A stretch of 64,000 bases of DNA. Origin: Heteronotia binoei. Its lineage: Eukaryota. The translations under genes and the position numbers were made by a program. The DNA lies in assembly GCF_032191835.1 (NCBI RefSeq), contig NC_083229.1, forward strand, positions 30,566,001 to 30,630,000. The letters are read 5' to 3'. The notes under the pieces were generated by a model. The model saw only the letters and a program-made list of their open reading frames with translations. It made no database searches and was not told the DNA's origin. Positions 22,089-34,402 of this stretch are shown one piece after another; the first letter of the stretch is position 1; each line of letters starts with the position of its first letter.

Positions 22089-22500
22089 ATTGAGTAACCT
22101 CAGAAGGCATTTCAATTTTTTTCTGAGTTCATTCGTCAAGTTGTGCCACTGTTACGGTGCAGCTTGGAGAAGGCATTTTAAAAGACCAAGGTCTCTTTAA
22201 TTCCCTTCTCCAAGCCCCCCATCTCTGTTGCCAGCATGAATCACACAAACCCAAAGCTATGGTGTGTGATGAATTTTGATCCAAAATTTGCATCATGTCC
22301 TTGTTGTGGAATCAGAAGCATTAGTCACTTTCACTCATGCAGTGATTTATTTTTAAAAGGGCTTATTAATATGCCTTTTGGGTTCATGGAAATGAAATCA
22401 TTGATGTGCATGTTTAGGATGTTAAAAGTGAGGGAATGGGGAGAATCCTGCAACATTCCAGTTATCTAAATTTTGGGAGTGTTTCTCTCTTTTTTTTCAG

Positions 22501-22689
22501 TGCTTTGTCCAGCAAATGAATTGCGCCTAGATTCAACAGGAGTAATATTGAGCCCTGGCTACCCAGATAGCTACCCAAACCTCCAAATGTGTGCATGGAC
22601 CATTACTGTGGAAAAGGGCTATAATATTAGTCTTTACTTTGAATTCTTTCAAACAGAAAAGGAATTTGATATACTTGAGGTGTTTGATG
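22501..22689 (+). CDS. CSMD3: CSMD3 exon (189 nt), N-terminal half of the last CUB domain
   Basis: tttcag|TGCTT ... GATG|gtaact; (V)LCPANELRLDSTGVILSPGYPDSYPNLQMCAW...FDILEVFD. Confidence 0.95.
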
Positions 22690-22973
22690 GTAACTATACA
22701 CAAGCTTCAATGCATCTGTGCAATACATGTGCTTGGGTTTTTGGCCATTAATGTTGACATAAGCCTCATATTCATATGAGTTCCATTGCCATTGTTATGA
22801 TATGTTGTCATAGTCTTTTGTTCTCCATCATTGACCTTATGTATATGAATTGCTTTGCGGTATCCAATGTATAGCTCCATTGAATTGTATCATTTCATTT
22901 TTATATATATCTCTAATTTTAGTCTGTCTGTTTTCTTCTTTCTGCCTCCTTCCCCTTTTTGCCTGTTACCAAG

Positions 22974-23120
22974 GACCAAATAGTCACAGTCCACTGCTAA
23001 TCTCCCTAAGTGGAGATTATTCTTCCTCTCTAAATGTAACCAGCAGTGGCCATGAAGTTTTCCTCCGATGGTCAGCAGACCATGGCACCAACAAAAAGGG
23101 CTTCAGGATAAGATATATAG
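22974..23120 (+). CDS. CSMD3: CSMD3 exon (147 nt), C-terminal half of the last CUB domain
   Basis: accaag|GACCA ... ATAG|gtatgc; (G)PNSHSPLLISLSGDYSSSLNVTSSGHEVFLRWSADHGTNKKGFRIRYI. Confidence 0.94.
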
Positions 23121-23189
23121 GTATGCAAATAAAATACATTCTTTTTCTACCTTTCCAGCAACTGATGTGATCAAATGAAAATACCCAGC

Positions 23190-23280
23190 ATGGGATCTGA
23201 TGAAGGGAACTTGTCTCAAAAGCTTATGCCCAAAAAAATCTTGCTAACCTTTAAGGCGCTACTGGACTAGAGTTTAACTC
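23190..23280 (+). pseudogene. Decayed Penelope-like element end with hammerhead-ribozyme-like motif
   Basis: CTGATGA 23197-23203 ... CAAAAGCTTATGC (expected CGAAAGCTT/CATGC) followed by ATCTTGCTAACCTTTAAGGCGCTACTGGACT. Confidence 0.55.
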
Positions 23281-24964
23281 ACTGAATATACTGATAACCA
23301 TGTATGCATGTTAGAAAACAAAATCCACTCTCCAAGATGTGTCAATGGATCTCTTCCAGTATTCAGGGCTATCTATAGTAAAGGATAGTGAACTTTGGTA
23401 GTTTGTGTCTAGCCAGTGTGGAAATTCTGTTTCATTGAGACCACAGAAGCTTCTGAGACTTCTGTAAAGTAATTTGTATAAAAGTTATTCATGATTGAAA
23501 AATTGTTCTCATCTAGTTTAGAGGTAATGGAGACTCTCCTCTCCCTGAAATTTTTTACTTATAACTAAACCGTTCAGGCATTTTTCAAAATTTGATTGTT
23601 TTTCCTTTAGACAAGATTGTAGGGACTTTACAGCTAAAATAGACCACTGGTTTTTCAGATGTGTGAGTTTTGGACAATTTCTAAAATGTGATTGGCTTTT
23701 GATACAGAATTGTAGATGTCATTATTGAATCAGGAGGCTGAATCCCATCCCGCTTATACTCTCTCCAAATTTGTGTCACAAACAAGCTTTGTGATTCATA
23801 TATTCCGTCAGTTGCAGAGTCCATCTGATGGGCTATGCTCATGCTCCAAAGCTTTTGTTTAAAACCCAGGTCATTTTATAAATCTAAAAGTTGTGCATTT
23901 AGTGGAACTTGCAGGAGCCTTTTTATCTTTGTTCTTACTTCAGAGCCCATTGCCTAGTCAAAGACTCTAAGAGCACAGTGCTTTTATGACCATAAGATCT
24001 AGTGAGTCAGAGAGACTGCCTTAATGGGTGGGTAATTTCTTGATTTGCAAGGTGAATCATTATAAATAATTATTTATAATAGATATTTAATTAAAGGAAT
24101 CAAGAAATTCATGCTATAGGAAAACAATAAAAAACACTAGTCATGTTACAGTCCAGATTGTCTTTTAAGATTCTCTTAGGCAGCAAAGGCCCATTAGCTT
24201 TTCAAAACACGCATAAAGGAATCAAGTGTTATCAGAAGTATGCAGCCATGTAGCTCAAGCAAGGCCCTTCTTTAACTAACTAGCCAGTCCTTGCTTTTGA
24301 AGTACAGCAGAGTTAAGCAGCAAACATTTGCATCTTTTCAATATGTCTGGAGTTCTTCCCATCCCCTGCTACATGTCAGGTGAGTTCACATTCTGTTTGT
24401 CCAGCAAATGCTCTGTGCCATCTTTCTTGATCTGCCTACCAATATTAATTAGGCTGGGTACATGTTAGAACAAGACTTAATTATTGGTATGCAAGATCTT
24501 CAGACAGAAGATTGCGCTTAGAAGTTGACACAGTGTATTTAGATTATGTTTATAATTAACACATGCAAATTTTGTCGGGCAGGAAGAAATAAGGTTCACA
24601 AATCATGTATTTGAACAGAAAAAAATAAATTATAGTCCAAGTGATAATTGGCGCAGTAATACTGACTTTTAAAATGAAATCCCAAGTAGTATATTACAAA
24701 GTATAGGATATATATGAATTGTAAGAGAATAGGCACACCATTGTGTTGATTGTGAACTATCGGTAAGTGTGCAGCCTTTTTGCTCTCCCCTCCTATGCAC
24801 CTTTGTTTGATCTATTTATTCTGAAGCCATAAGCAAGTGGAACTAGGTGAAACAGCCATGGTTATACTGGCCTAGCACCACACCTAGGTTGTGAATGACA
24901 CAGCCCAGCAGGTATCCCATTGCAGTTCTGTGATACCACAAAGGGCACCCAAGCCTCCCCAATA

Positions 24965-25045
24965 TATAATAATAATAATAATAATTTTTTATTTCTATCC
25001 CGCCCTCCCCGCCGGAGCAGGCTCAGGGCGGCTCACAACATAAAA
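24965..25045 (-). mobile_element. Short L2-type 3' tail with (TAA)n
   Basis: Plus strand TATCCCGCCCTCCCCGCCGGAGCAGGCTCAGGGCGGCTCACAAC, same family as 12728-12812. Confidence 0.7.
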
Positions 25046-25423
25046 CATACATTACATCAATTATACTTATAAAACATGGTTAAAACAATTACAGAGTATT
25101 AAGATTAACATAACAGTATGGCGTTATAAACAGGTTTCAATAAATTTCAGAAGTAAAAACATTTCAAGAATAAAAGCATTTCTAGCAGCATATCTAGATT
25201 TATCACAGTTTTCCGCTAGTTGAAGGCCATCTTGAAAAGGTGGGTCTTACAGTAATACTGTATATCTGAATATAATGTTCAGAATAGATAAAGTGGACCA
25301 GGATATGGCCAGTGGCTACATTACTTGTTGTTGTTGTTTTAAAAAAACCCCTTATTTAATAGATTCCTGTTAAATAATTTGATATAAGGAACAAAATTCA
25401 TGGTTTGCTATTTTTTTCTAAAG

Positions 25424-25612
25424 CTCATTACTGCAGTACTCCAGAGTCACCTCCTCATGGGTTCATTGTCAGTCAGACAGGCGGACAGCTCAACAGTGTG
25501 GTTCGCTGGGCTTGTGACCGAGGATATCGGCTCGTTGGGAAGAGTACTGCTGTTTGTAGGAAATCTTCCAATGGATATCATGCATGGGATGTGCCTGTCC
25601 CGGCCTGTCAAG
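25424..25612 (+). CDS. CSMD3: CSMD3 exon (189 nt), Sushi domain
   Basis: ctaaag|CTCAT ... CAAG|gtaaat; (A)[12 protein letters not shown]...[11 protein letters not shown]...[10 protein letters not shown]. Confidence 0.95.
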
Positions 25613-28058
25613 GTAAATTCTTACTTCATTATCAATTTTTAAAAAAGCTTTGGATTTATGTCCAGTGGTTCCACAGATGTTCCAGTGTGCCAATATTGAG
25701 CTCGACACAAGGAACACAAGGCTTGGATCCACTGAAGATTTTCATTGATGGGGAGGGGTTTCCATCCACAGAAAGAGACTTTCTATCTTCCCTCCTCTGG
25801 CTGCAGCAAGAGGGAAAAAGCTGACAGAAATTATGTTCCCACCACCACCACCCCACCTATGAAAGTTCTCTGTAGGATCCAAGGTAAGATGTACATATGA
25901 TGTTGTTCTTGTGAATAATATTTGTAGGAAAGATATAATTCATGTGTGAGTCTCATGTGCCCACTGGAGTCATCAAACATTTTTAAAAACCCTTAATCAG
26001 ATTGTTTATTTCCAGTTATCTTGGCTGTATTTCTGTCAAAGAAACCAGGCACTTAGGGAAGGGTTTGAGATTCCCTGAGCCCCAGCTTTTGGGGGTTACT
26101 TTTGGTTTCACTTTGGTTGCCACCAACACCTTTATACTTCTAAGCAATATCTACCTGCAGATTTTTATTATTTTTTTGAGGAAGGTACATCTCTGTCAAG
26201 GCAGCTGACATCTAAATCTCTAGGCACAAGGGTGTGTCTTTCATCTTCTCTGCAGTCCCACTTTGGGACTATGCATGCACAGGCCAAAATGTCTCTGTGC
26301 ACAGAAGACAATTCGACTAACAGGAAGTACAACTCTGTTTTTCTTATATTTTTCATGCTGGCTCCTCCAGATCAATGAAAATGTGCAACTGTAGAACAGA
26401 TAAGCATATGAATAAGTCTTGGAAGCCCACAGGGCATCTGAACATAGAATAGTATTTTTAATGATAATCTCAGGAGAGGAGGAAATACCAAAGAAAATTG
26501 GCATCTTATACAGAACAAAAAGATGTGTATCAGTATGTTTTTATTATTAAGCTGAATTTATTCTAAAACTTAAACAAGGAGGAGTTATCTACGGCTTCTT
26601 CAGTACTAAGATGGACATCATGATCCTAAGCAAAAGGGTAAATTCACTGTTGTATGCAAATAGCTGTAGCTTATTCCACTGTTAATGTTTTGAAGATTGT
26701 TCCAGTAGAGTCCAGGGCCCCTTCCATATAGAAAAGAAAGTAGGTTGAGGAAGAAGAGGAGAAAAAGACAGAACAGAAGTGCAGGGGATATAAGGACAGA
26801 AGAATAAACTGGATTTTGTATGATATATCCTGCCTTGTGTAGCTTCCTTGTCTGTATCTAGATTTTTAAAAATGTTGTGACTGTAACATAGAAATGTTCT
26901 TTTTAAAAAGAGGACCCTGAGAGCACTTCCTTTGAAACTAGTGTTGATATGTTTAAAAAATTTCCAGACTGTGGTTCCTTAAATAGTTTGGATCAATGAT
27001 GGTCATTTAATTTTGCCAAGCATGTTGAGTAAGTAATATTCAAAGGACATTTGGTAATTACTTCAAAATAAATGTTGCCTGAGGTGTATACCAGAGCCTA
27101 GCTGAAGTCTAACCACATTCTTCAGGGTTTTTTTTGGCTTAAATATTGTATATTGTGTGATGCATGTCCCTTCATAGTCTGCAGTATAGTTTCCCACTAT
27201 AATATTATTATATTTTCAAGATAAAGAATGGCTGTTAAAATTTTATTGTGCTTAAATGAAGTTCATTTATGTGTTTATTTTCTTCATTTGTTTATCGCTT
27301 TAAACTTCCAATACTGTTGAAGCTCCTAAAACAGACAACACATTTTATATTAAATTTTTTATTTTTATATAATTTCCTATGGGTCTGTCTAATGCTTTTA
27401 CGGATTCAGATTTATTATACAGCTTTACAACTTTGATCAAAGTTCTGTGGATTAAAATGATTATATGCAATTTTCTGTAGTGTTGAAATGGTAAGAGTAA
27501 TGACTTTTAGGCTGATCATGGGTAATCGGCAACATGTGTTTTTATAATACTTATGTTATTATCTTGGGACTTGATTGATAATTACTAGTGGCAGTTTTTT
27601 ACTAATACATTTTTCTCCATTCATTTTATAAAATCAAGGAAGTTTGCTGTTTGATTGCATAAGTAAGGAAAAATCATCAATACTGTTTTTATTCCTTGAG
27701 CTTATTTCTGGGATGTGTTTGATGCCACATGTAGAGGAATGCAGACCTCTATTTATGCTGTCCAAGTATTTCCCCTACTTAAATGCAAGTCCACATACAT
27801 GATCTTCCTGACCTTTTGACTGAAATGAGATTGAAATTTCCTCCATGCTAATTCTCATAAGTAGTTTGAGATAATAAACTTTTGATTTGAAATACAAAGG
27901 TTCATCATCATGTCTTCTGTGCAGTCCCACACAGGACTGCCCTGATGCAGGGCCTCTCATGGAAGAGAGAAGTGCATAAGCTTCTAGAAAACTCCTAGAT
28001 GAGCACTCCCCCTCCCCTCTAGAGGCAGAGGCCTTTTTCCTGCCCCTATGGTCACATG

Positions 28059-28208
28059 CAGGCCTTGGATTCAGCAGAAGCTCTCAGGAACACAACTCCT
28101 GAACCTTTCTGAGGGTTCCCCCTCCCCACCTTGTCCATTGAATAGTAGGTGCAACTGCATAACCATCCCTGGATGAGCTCCACCACCTATTCTACAAACT
28201 GATCCCTG
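28059..28208. mobile_element. hAT-like MITE, 150 bp, inserted in the DIRS left ITR
   Basis: CAGGCC...TCCCTG with perfect TSD GTCACATG at 28051-28058 and 28209-28216. Confidence 0.85.
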
Positions 28209-28863
28209 GTCACATGACAGAGGGGGAGGGAGTGTTCTGTCAATTTTCTTTTGCAACTGTGCAGAGAGAACCGATTCTGAGCTCCTGCTTTAAAAATTAC
28301 TTTAGCATTTTTCCTTTTGAGTGTTTCAGATAAAAGATCTTTTTCATGGCTCTTTTTAAAAAGTGCTGGATCAAAGTATGAAAGAATGGGACTTTTCTCC
28401 TGTTATTTCCTAATAAAGAAAAAGGGTGGGGGATTGAGACCCATTTTGGACCTAAATCAACACCTGAAGGTCCCCAAGTTTCATCCCTATCAGATATCCT
28501 CCCTCTAATTCAAAGGGATGCATGGTTTTGTGTCCTGGATCTCCAAGATGCTTACTTTCACATTTCAGTACATCAGGACTGTGGAAAGTATCTGAGGTTT
28601 ACACAGAGAGAAAATTGTTTCCAATATGAATCTAAGCAGCAGTGATTCATAACCTGGGTCAGATAAGTGTATTAGGCCAGATAGTTGTCCACTTTCTGAG
28701 ATTTTTGAATACTTAGTCTAGCTGAAGGATACAGGTGTCTCTACGTCCTCACTAAAGGTTTATTTAGCAGCCATTTCCACATTTCATGTAAGCATAGACT
28801 CAAGACCAGAGTTTTTAAAAATGTAATGTCAAAGAGGTTTTTTAGGGGCCTCTATAACCTATA

Positions 28864-29149
28864 AAAAGGTAAAGCACCAGTTGTTTCTGACTCTGGGGTG
28901 ACATCGCATCACGACATTTTCATGGCAGACTTTTTACGGGGTGGTTTGCCTTTGCCTTCCCCAGTCATCTACACTTTCCTCCCAGCAAGCTGGGTACTCA
29001 TTTTACCAATCTCAGAAGGATGGAAGGCTGAGTCAACCTTGAGCTGGCTATTTGAAACCCAGCTTCTGCCGGGATTGAACTCTGGTCGTGAGCAGATGGT
29101 TCAGACTGCAGTACTTCAGCTTTACCACTCTGCGCCATGGGGCTGCAGT
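28864..29149 (-). mobile_element. Sauria-type SINE (Bov-B-type tail) inserted in the DIRS YR
   Basis: Minus strand GGTTGACTCAGCCTTCCATCCTTC...GGTAAAATGAGTACCCAG ... GAAGGCAAAGGCAAACCACC; 13-bp TSD TCTATAACCTATA at 28851-28863 and 29150-29162. Confidence 0.85.
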
Positions 29150-31319
29150 TCTATAACCTATATCCACCAGTTAAACCTCCCATTACTCAGTGGAGTCTAT
29201 CTCTTCTTTTGTCCTAGCTTGTGCATAAACCATTTGAATCAATGGCTACATGTGACTTGTCTTTATTGTCCTACAAGACTACATTTCTAGTAGCAATTGC
29301 CTCAGCCAGGAGGATGGGGGAGTTAAGAGCACTGATGAGTAACCCACTAATCCTCAGAGTCCTTACAAAGTGGTATTGCTTCCAACCAAGCCTGGATTTT
29401 TTTTTTTTACCAAAATTCTTTCTGGGTTTCATATGGCACAGGACATTGTTCTAACTGCCCCCCCCCCCCACAGAGCCACAGTCACCAGCAGAACAATCCC
29501 TGCATAGATTGAATTTAAGAAGAGCAATGCTATTTTATTTAGATTGTACTTCTAAATTTAGAAAAGTTGACAATTTCTTTGTATGCTTCAAAGGTGTTGA
29601 TAAAGGGAAGTCTGTGTCAGCACAAACACTCTAGATGGGTCACTTCAGCTGTTAGATTAGTTTATACCACAGCTAAGGTGCAGTACCCTTCCCAGTGAAA
29701 GCTCATTCAGCAAGAACATAGGTGACATCCACATCATTCTGCAGCAGCACTGACAGATGTGAGATCTGCAAAGCAAAAACATGGTTTTCTGCATGCACAT
29801 TCACCAGACGTTATTTGACTGACAACTACAGGAGAGAAGTGACTGTGAGAAAGGCAGTTTGCACTTATTATTCAGATGAGCAGCCCTCCATGGTAGGTAA
29901 GCTTGCTATTCTCCCATGTACTATTACAAAGAAGATGTGATGGCAAAGACATGATTGCAGCTATCTGTAATTGGTGTTCATCAAGTGTCTTCTGTGCAGA
30001 CACACATCCCTCCATCCCTCCTTTCCCTGCTATGGGCTGGAGTTGTCATGCATTCTACCATACTCCATGGCAGCAAAGGGAGAAATGAGGGAAGAGTGCT
30101 CCCCCTCCCCCTTCATCACATGATCTAATGAGCAGGAAACAGGCCTCTGCCAGAGGGAAAGGGGAGTGCTCATCTAGATGGCAATAGCATGGTGATGGTG
30201 GTTTTACTCCCCTTTCTTCATAGCCAGCTGGTCCTTCTCTGGGCACCTGGGCAATCTCTCTCACCTGACCTGCTGTGCCTCATACTGAGGAGACAACAGG
30301 AAGGCAGAGAGGGAAGTCCTTTACCTCACTCCAGTTAAGAAGAACTGACTAAATTTCAACGATGGTAGGCAGAGACACCCTTACAAGCTGATAGGTACTC
30401 TGTTAATATATATTAATAGTTATGTATGTATTATGTATATATGTGTTTAATGTGGTTGTGTACAGAGCACACAGTAGTCATGTGGCTCTTTTGGTTGATG
30501 GGAACTGTCAATGTGGTTTTCCATGAGCTGCAGAGTGAGCATCCTGATTTAAAGGGTCCCCAAAGGTCATAAAACAGAGTAGGAAAGTGCAGAGGTTTTC
30601 TGTTGCTCAGGCCTACATTTCCCAAGCCAAGTCTGATTCTAGTATTTCACTGCTTGAGATATCTTCCCCACACATAGATGGTGAAAATTGGCCTGATTCC
30701 CCAATGAGTTAAATGTTACCCTGTGGAGTCCACCAAAGGGTATTTCACATATCTTTGGGTTGGATGGGATGTCTCCTGCTTTCATCTATGATGATTGTCA
30801 TTTGTGAGTTTTTTCTAATCTGCTGGTTCTTGGGCAGGCTTTAACATTTGAATATCTGAAATGCACTTCATAATTTGTAGAATTTGTATTTAACTTAATC
30901 TGTCCTATTGCCATTTATATTTTAGTTTCTTTTTTGTGCCTAGTTTTCTTCTCGATAAATGTGTCAGTGGCCTCTAGCAAACCAGTATTTCTTTTGTTAT
31001 ATTATATATCATTAATTGGGTCTTTGGACACAGAGCTGAGATTTTTGAAAGAGTGTTTTGAAGCAAACAAAAATAAGCATCATGTTTGTAACTGGTCCAG
31101 AAGAATCTCCTTTGCGTTGGCTCCCCTCCCTCAGTATTATATATCAAAATTTCCTGCATTTATTGATGTCTGAATGATTCAGAACCATAAAGGGGAGGAG
31201 ACAGGATGTATAGTTTTGAGTAATATTAAAATTTTCACCATTCCATGTAGTTTGCTGCAGCAGTTTATATTTTTCCCCTCAAATGTATAGCACTTTTGAC
31301 AGGCAGAACGGTGAAAAAC

Positions 31320-32000
31320 CTTTATGAGAAAACATCTACAGTGAAACAATATCTGGCAAATATTAGCTTTCTAGGAGACCCAGGACAGGAAATAGAAGGA
31401 GCCATGGTTATTGGAAAGAAGAGCGCAATGACTTTATTAAGGAATCTTAAAGCAAACAGTGTGACAATGATAGAATACAAAAGCACATTGAGGCTTTGTA
31501 CATGGCTTGCCTTGACTCCCCTGCTGGCGACAACCATGTTTTGGAACTTCTGCTGCTTCTCTTGCTACTACTCTTGCTGCTGCAATTTAACATTTAACAC
31601 CGAGAGGATGCAGTGTCCTGTAGAGAACAAACAAATGACAAAAGTGCTTTCCCAGAGAGCTTATAGACTGTTTGGCCAGCGTGGACAAAGGTGACAGAGT
31701 AAGAGAGGCCTTGATAAAAGAGTAGCAAGAATGTGGGTTGAGCTGAGCGAGCTGATGGTGAATGGCACAATGAACAGAAGTCAGCTGTGAACTGAGAAAG
31801 TAGATTTGCAAAAGGTCACTTGATGGATAGATACAATGGTGGTTGACTCTTCTAGTCAAAGGACATATATAACAAAGAGCAAGAAAAAGAGCACAGGAAG
31901 TCCTTGTTATTCTGAGCAAGTGCGGATGTAGTATTGCGTGCATACATTGGGACCTTGGGGACATCCAAGTGTGAAAGGGTTGTGGAATTTGCCTACAGGT
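31320..32000 (+). mobile_element. Possible very decayed BEL/Pao LTR-retrotransposon gag-protease remnant
   Basis: Peptides KQYLANISFLGDPGQEIEG, VVDSSSQRTYIT (31839-31874), IGTLGTSKCERVVEF; similarity is from recall only. Confidence 0.3.
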
Positions 32001-32566
32001 AGGAAGGGCAGAGCCTGAATAAACACAGGTTGTTTCTGCACAGATCCTACCTGTGACCATTCAAATGCATATAAGCTCCTGTACATAATGGGATGGATCC
32101 AAACACCTTTTCTACTGATGAAAAAGGAACAAGGGATCCCTTTTCACTACCCAAAAGGCTATGTTGGGGATTAAGGGACCTGCATGAACAAAAGGCATGG
32201 GAGAAGATGGCTACAGTAAAGCAGGAGAATTAAATAAAATCAAGTGAAAAAACCTGACTACATACAAGCCAGTGTTTGTACTTCCTATTTTTTCCTATGG
32301 TGTTGATTGTATATATGAGAAGATATGTTGCCTCAGATTTAAGCTCAAAAGCATAGTGTACAAATTTCAGTGACAACATAGATGATGGAGGAAGGGCCAG
32401 CAACCAGAACCCTAGACTCTCCCTAGACTGTATTTGTTCCTACCCAAAATGAATGTTGTCTTGTTACAATCACCCACATGTTTATGAATTTTAAAGATAC
32501 TATCCACAAAATGAGGATTGAGGTAAGCCAAGACAAATCATATATCTGTACATTTTAAATCTTCAG

Positions 32567-32752
32567 CTATATCCTGTGGAATTCCAAAAGCACCAGCAAA
32601 TGGTGGGATACTGACAACAGACTATTTAGTAGGCACAAGAGTTACATATTTTTGCAATGATGGATATAGGCTATCATCCAAGGAACTTACAACTGCAGTC
32701 TGTCAGCCAGATGGCACATGGAGCAATCACAACAAAACACCTCGTTGTGTAG
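32567..32752 (+). CDS. CSMD3: CSMD3 exon (186 nt), Sushi domain; absent from the ORF track
   Basis: cttcag|CTATA ... GTAG|gtaagg; (A)ISCGIPKAPANGGILTTDYLVGTRVTYFCNDGYRLSSKELTTAVCQPDGTWSNHNKTPRCV. Confidence 0.95.
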
Positions 32753-33049
32753 GTAAGGACAGTCCGGGTTCAATCAAGTAGCGGTGTTACTTTATGAACT
32801 AAAGATGTGTATTTCAAGTGATCACATTTGATAGCTCAAGAGTGATATTTTCAAGGGCAAATGATATGGAGAAAGTAGGACTGCGCATCACAGTATCCAT
32901 GAAAGCCGCAGAGCCTCCTGTCAACTTTACCAGCTCTTGCCAAGTATTTCTAGAAGGTGAGTGGGTGGGGCTTTAACTCAACAGGGCTTTCAATTGGCAG
33001 GTTGGATTGGTTTTTTGTTTATTTGCTTAGAAAAAAGTTGTTTTGGCAG

Positions 33050-33410
33050 CACCATTTCTTCTACGGCATTCTTGGCCACAATAATAGATGTAGTGATCCT
33101 CTGAGTTAAATTCACCCATTCCCATCCATTTTAGGTCACTGATTTCTAAGATGTCGCTGTTCAGTCTTGCCATCTCTTGTTTGATCACATCTAGCTTACC
33201 TTGATTCATAGATCTTACATTCCATGTTCCAATGCAGTATTGTTCTTTGCAGCCTCGGACTGTTCTTTCACCATCAGACACATTCACAGCTGAGCGTCCT
33301 TTCGGCTTTGGCCCAGCCACTTCACTCTTTCTGTGGTTACTTGAACGCTCTTCCCCAGTAGCATATTGGACACCTTCTGACCTGAGGGGCTCATCTTTCA
33401 GCGGCATGGT
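33050..33410 (-). mobile_element. RTE/Bov-B LINE fragment (N-terminal ORF, start of AP endonuclease)
   Basis: LKDEPLRSEGVQYATGE...CKEQYCIGTWNVRSMNQGKLDVIKQEMARLNSDILEISDLKWMGMGEFNSEDHYIYYCGQE..RRNG. Confidence 0.9.
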
Positions 33411-34402
33411 TAGGTCGGGCTAAATCTCTTGTGTGGTAGCACCCCAAGATACTGCATAAGGAAGCTGACTGTCAGGGCTCAAATAGAGGGGGCAAACACC
33501 ATGCAACTCACTCTTGGCTAAAATCAAGTTGCATGCTTGTGCAGCCACGACTTGCCCCGGAGCTATGCAGAGAAAGAAAAAAGAGTTGAACCCTTTAACT
33601 TTTACTGCATTTTTACTGTTTGAAACTGGAGTCCCTGCTTAGTTAGAGGGAAGTGTATGTTTTTTAAAGCATCAAGAATATTAACTGATGAAGTGACAAA
33701 ATGGAAAAAAGAGCTGAAAAGGGGTTTGTCAGGTTTTTTTACGCTGTTTAGATAGGCCTGAGTTAATGATAAAATATCAAAGGCTACATGACACCATGGT
33801 GTTGAATTCAAAGGAGAAGGAGATGATGACTTTGTGTTGAGGCAAAGGAATTAATCACAGTCCATCCAAAGAACTATAATGGGATCATATTCTAGCACAA
33901 TTATGATGGATCTTATCACTGTATTTCTGCTAGTATGAATATTTTACTAGGTGTGAAATTAAAAATGGGAATTCTCAATATGTAAAAGGAAGACAATGGT
34001 ATCAGCGCTATAATCCAGAAAGAGTCAAGGTACTTATATAAGGATTAAATCAGTAGCCAAATAAATAAAGCACTTTTTGGCTGTCATGCTTAATCCATTA
34101 AGTAATTATTTTGAGCATTAATATAAATCTGGATAATCGCCCACCAAATCCAAAGATAAGAAGTTAAATCCAGATTTTTATTTTTATGCTGAAATTCAGC
34201 AAGAATCCAATTTAGCTGTTGCCTGTAAATCACTGTGCTTCTGTTTAGGTTATGAACTTAGATAATATCCTATCCACAATGTGTGAACTCATCTGGTTAG
34301 TATTCATGGCAAATTCTTTTTTTCCCATTGCATGTTAATTTCCTTTATATGATAGGACAAAAATATCATACCGTTTTTATCTTTCTGTGTATCTCTTTCA
34401 AG

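Larger units (their letters stand above)
27890..30330 (+). mobile_element. Decayed DIRS1-like tyrosine-recombinase retrotransposon (partial RT, YR, ICR-like segment, inverted terminal repeats)
   Basis: RT: YFLIKKKGGGLRPILDL, LDLQDAYFHI (28535). YR: YLAAISTFH, FLVAIASARRMGELRAL, VKAHSAR, TFTRRYL. ITR 17-mer CTAGATGAGCACTCCCC 27995-28011 is inverted at 30161-30177. The left-terminal GTCTTCTGTGCAG recurs near 29990. Confidence 0.88.
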
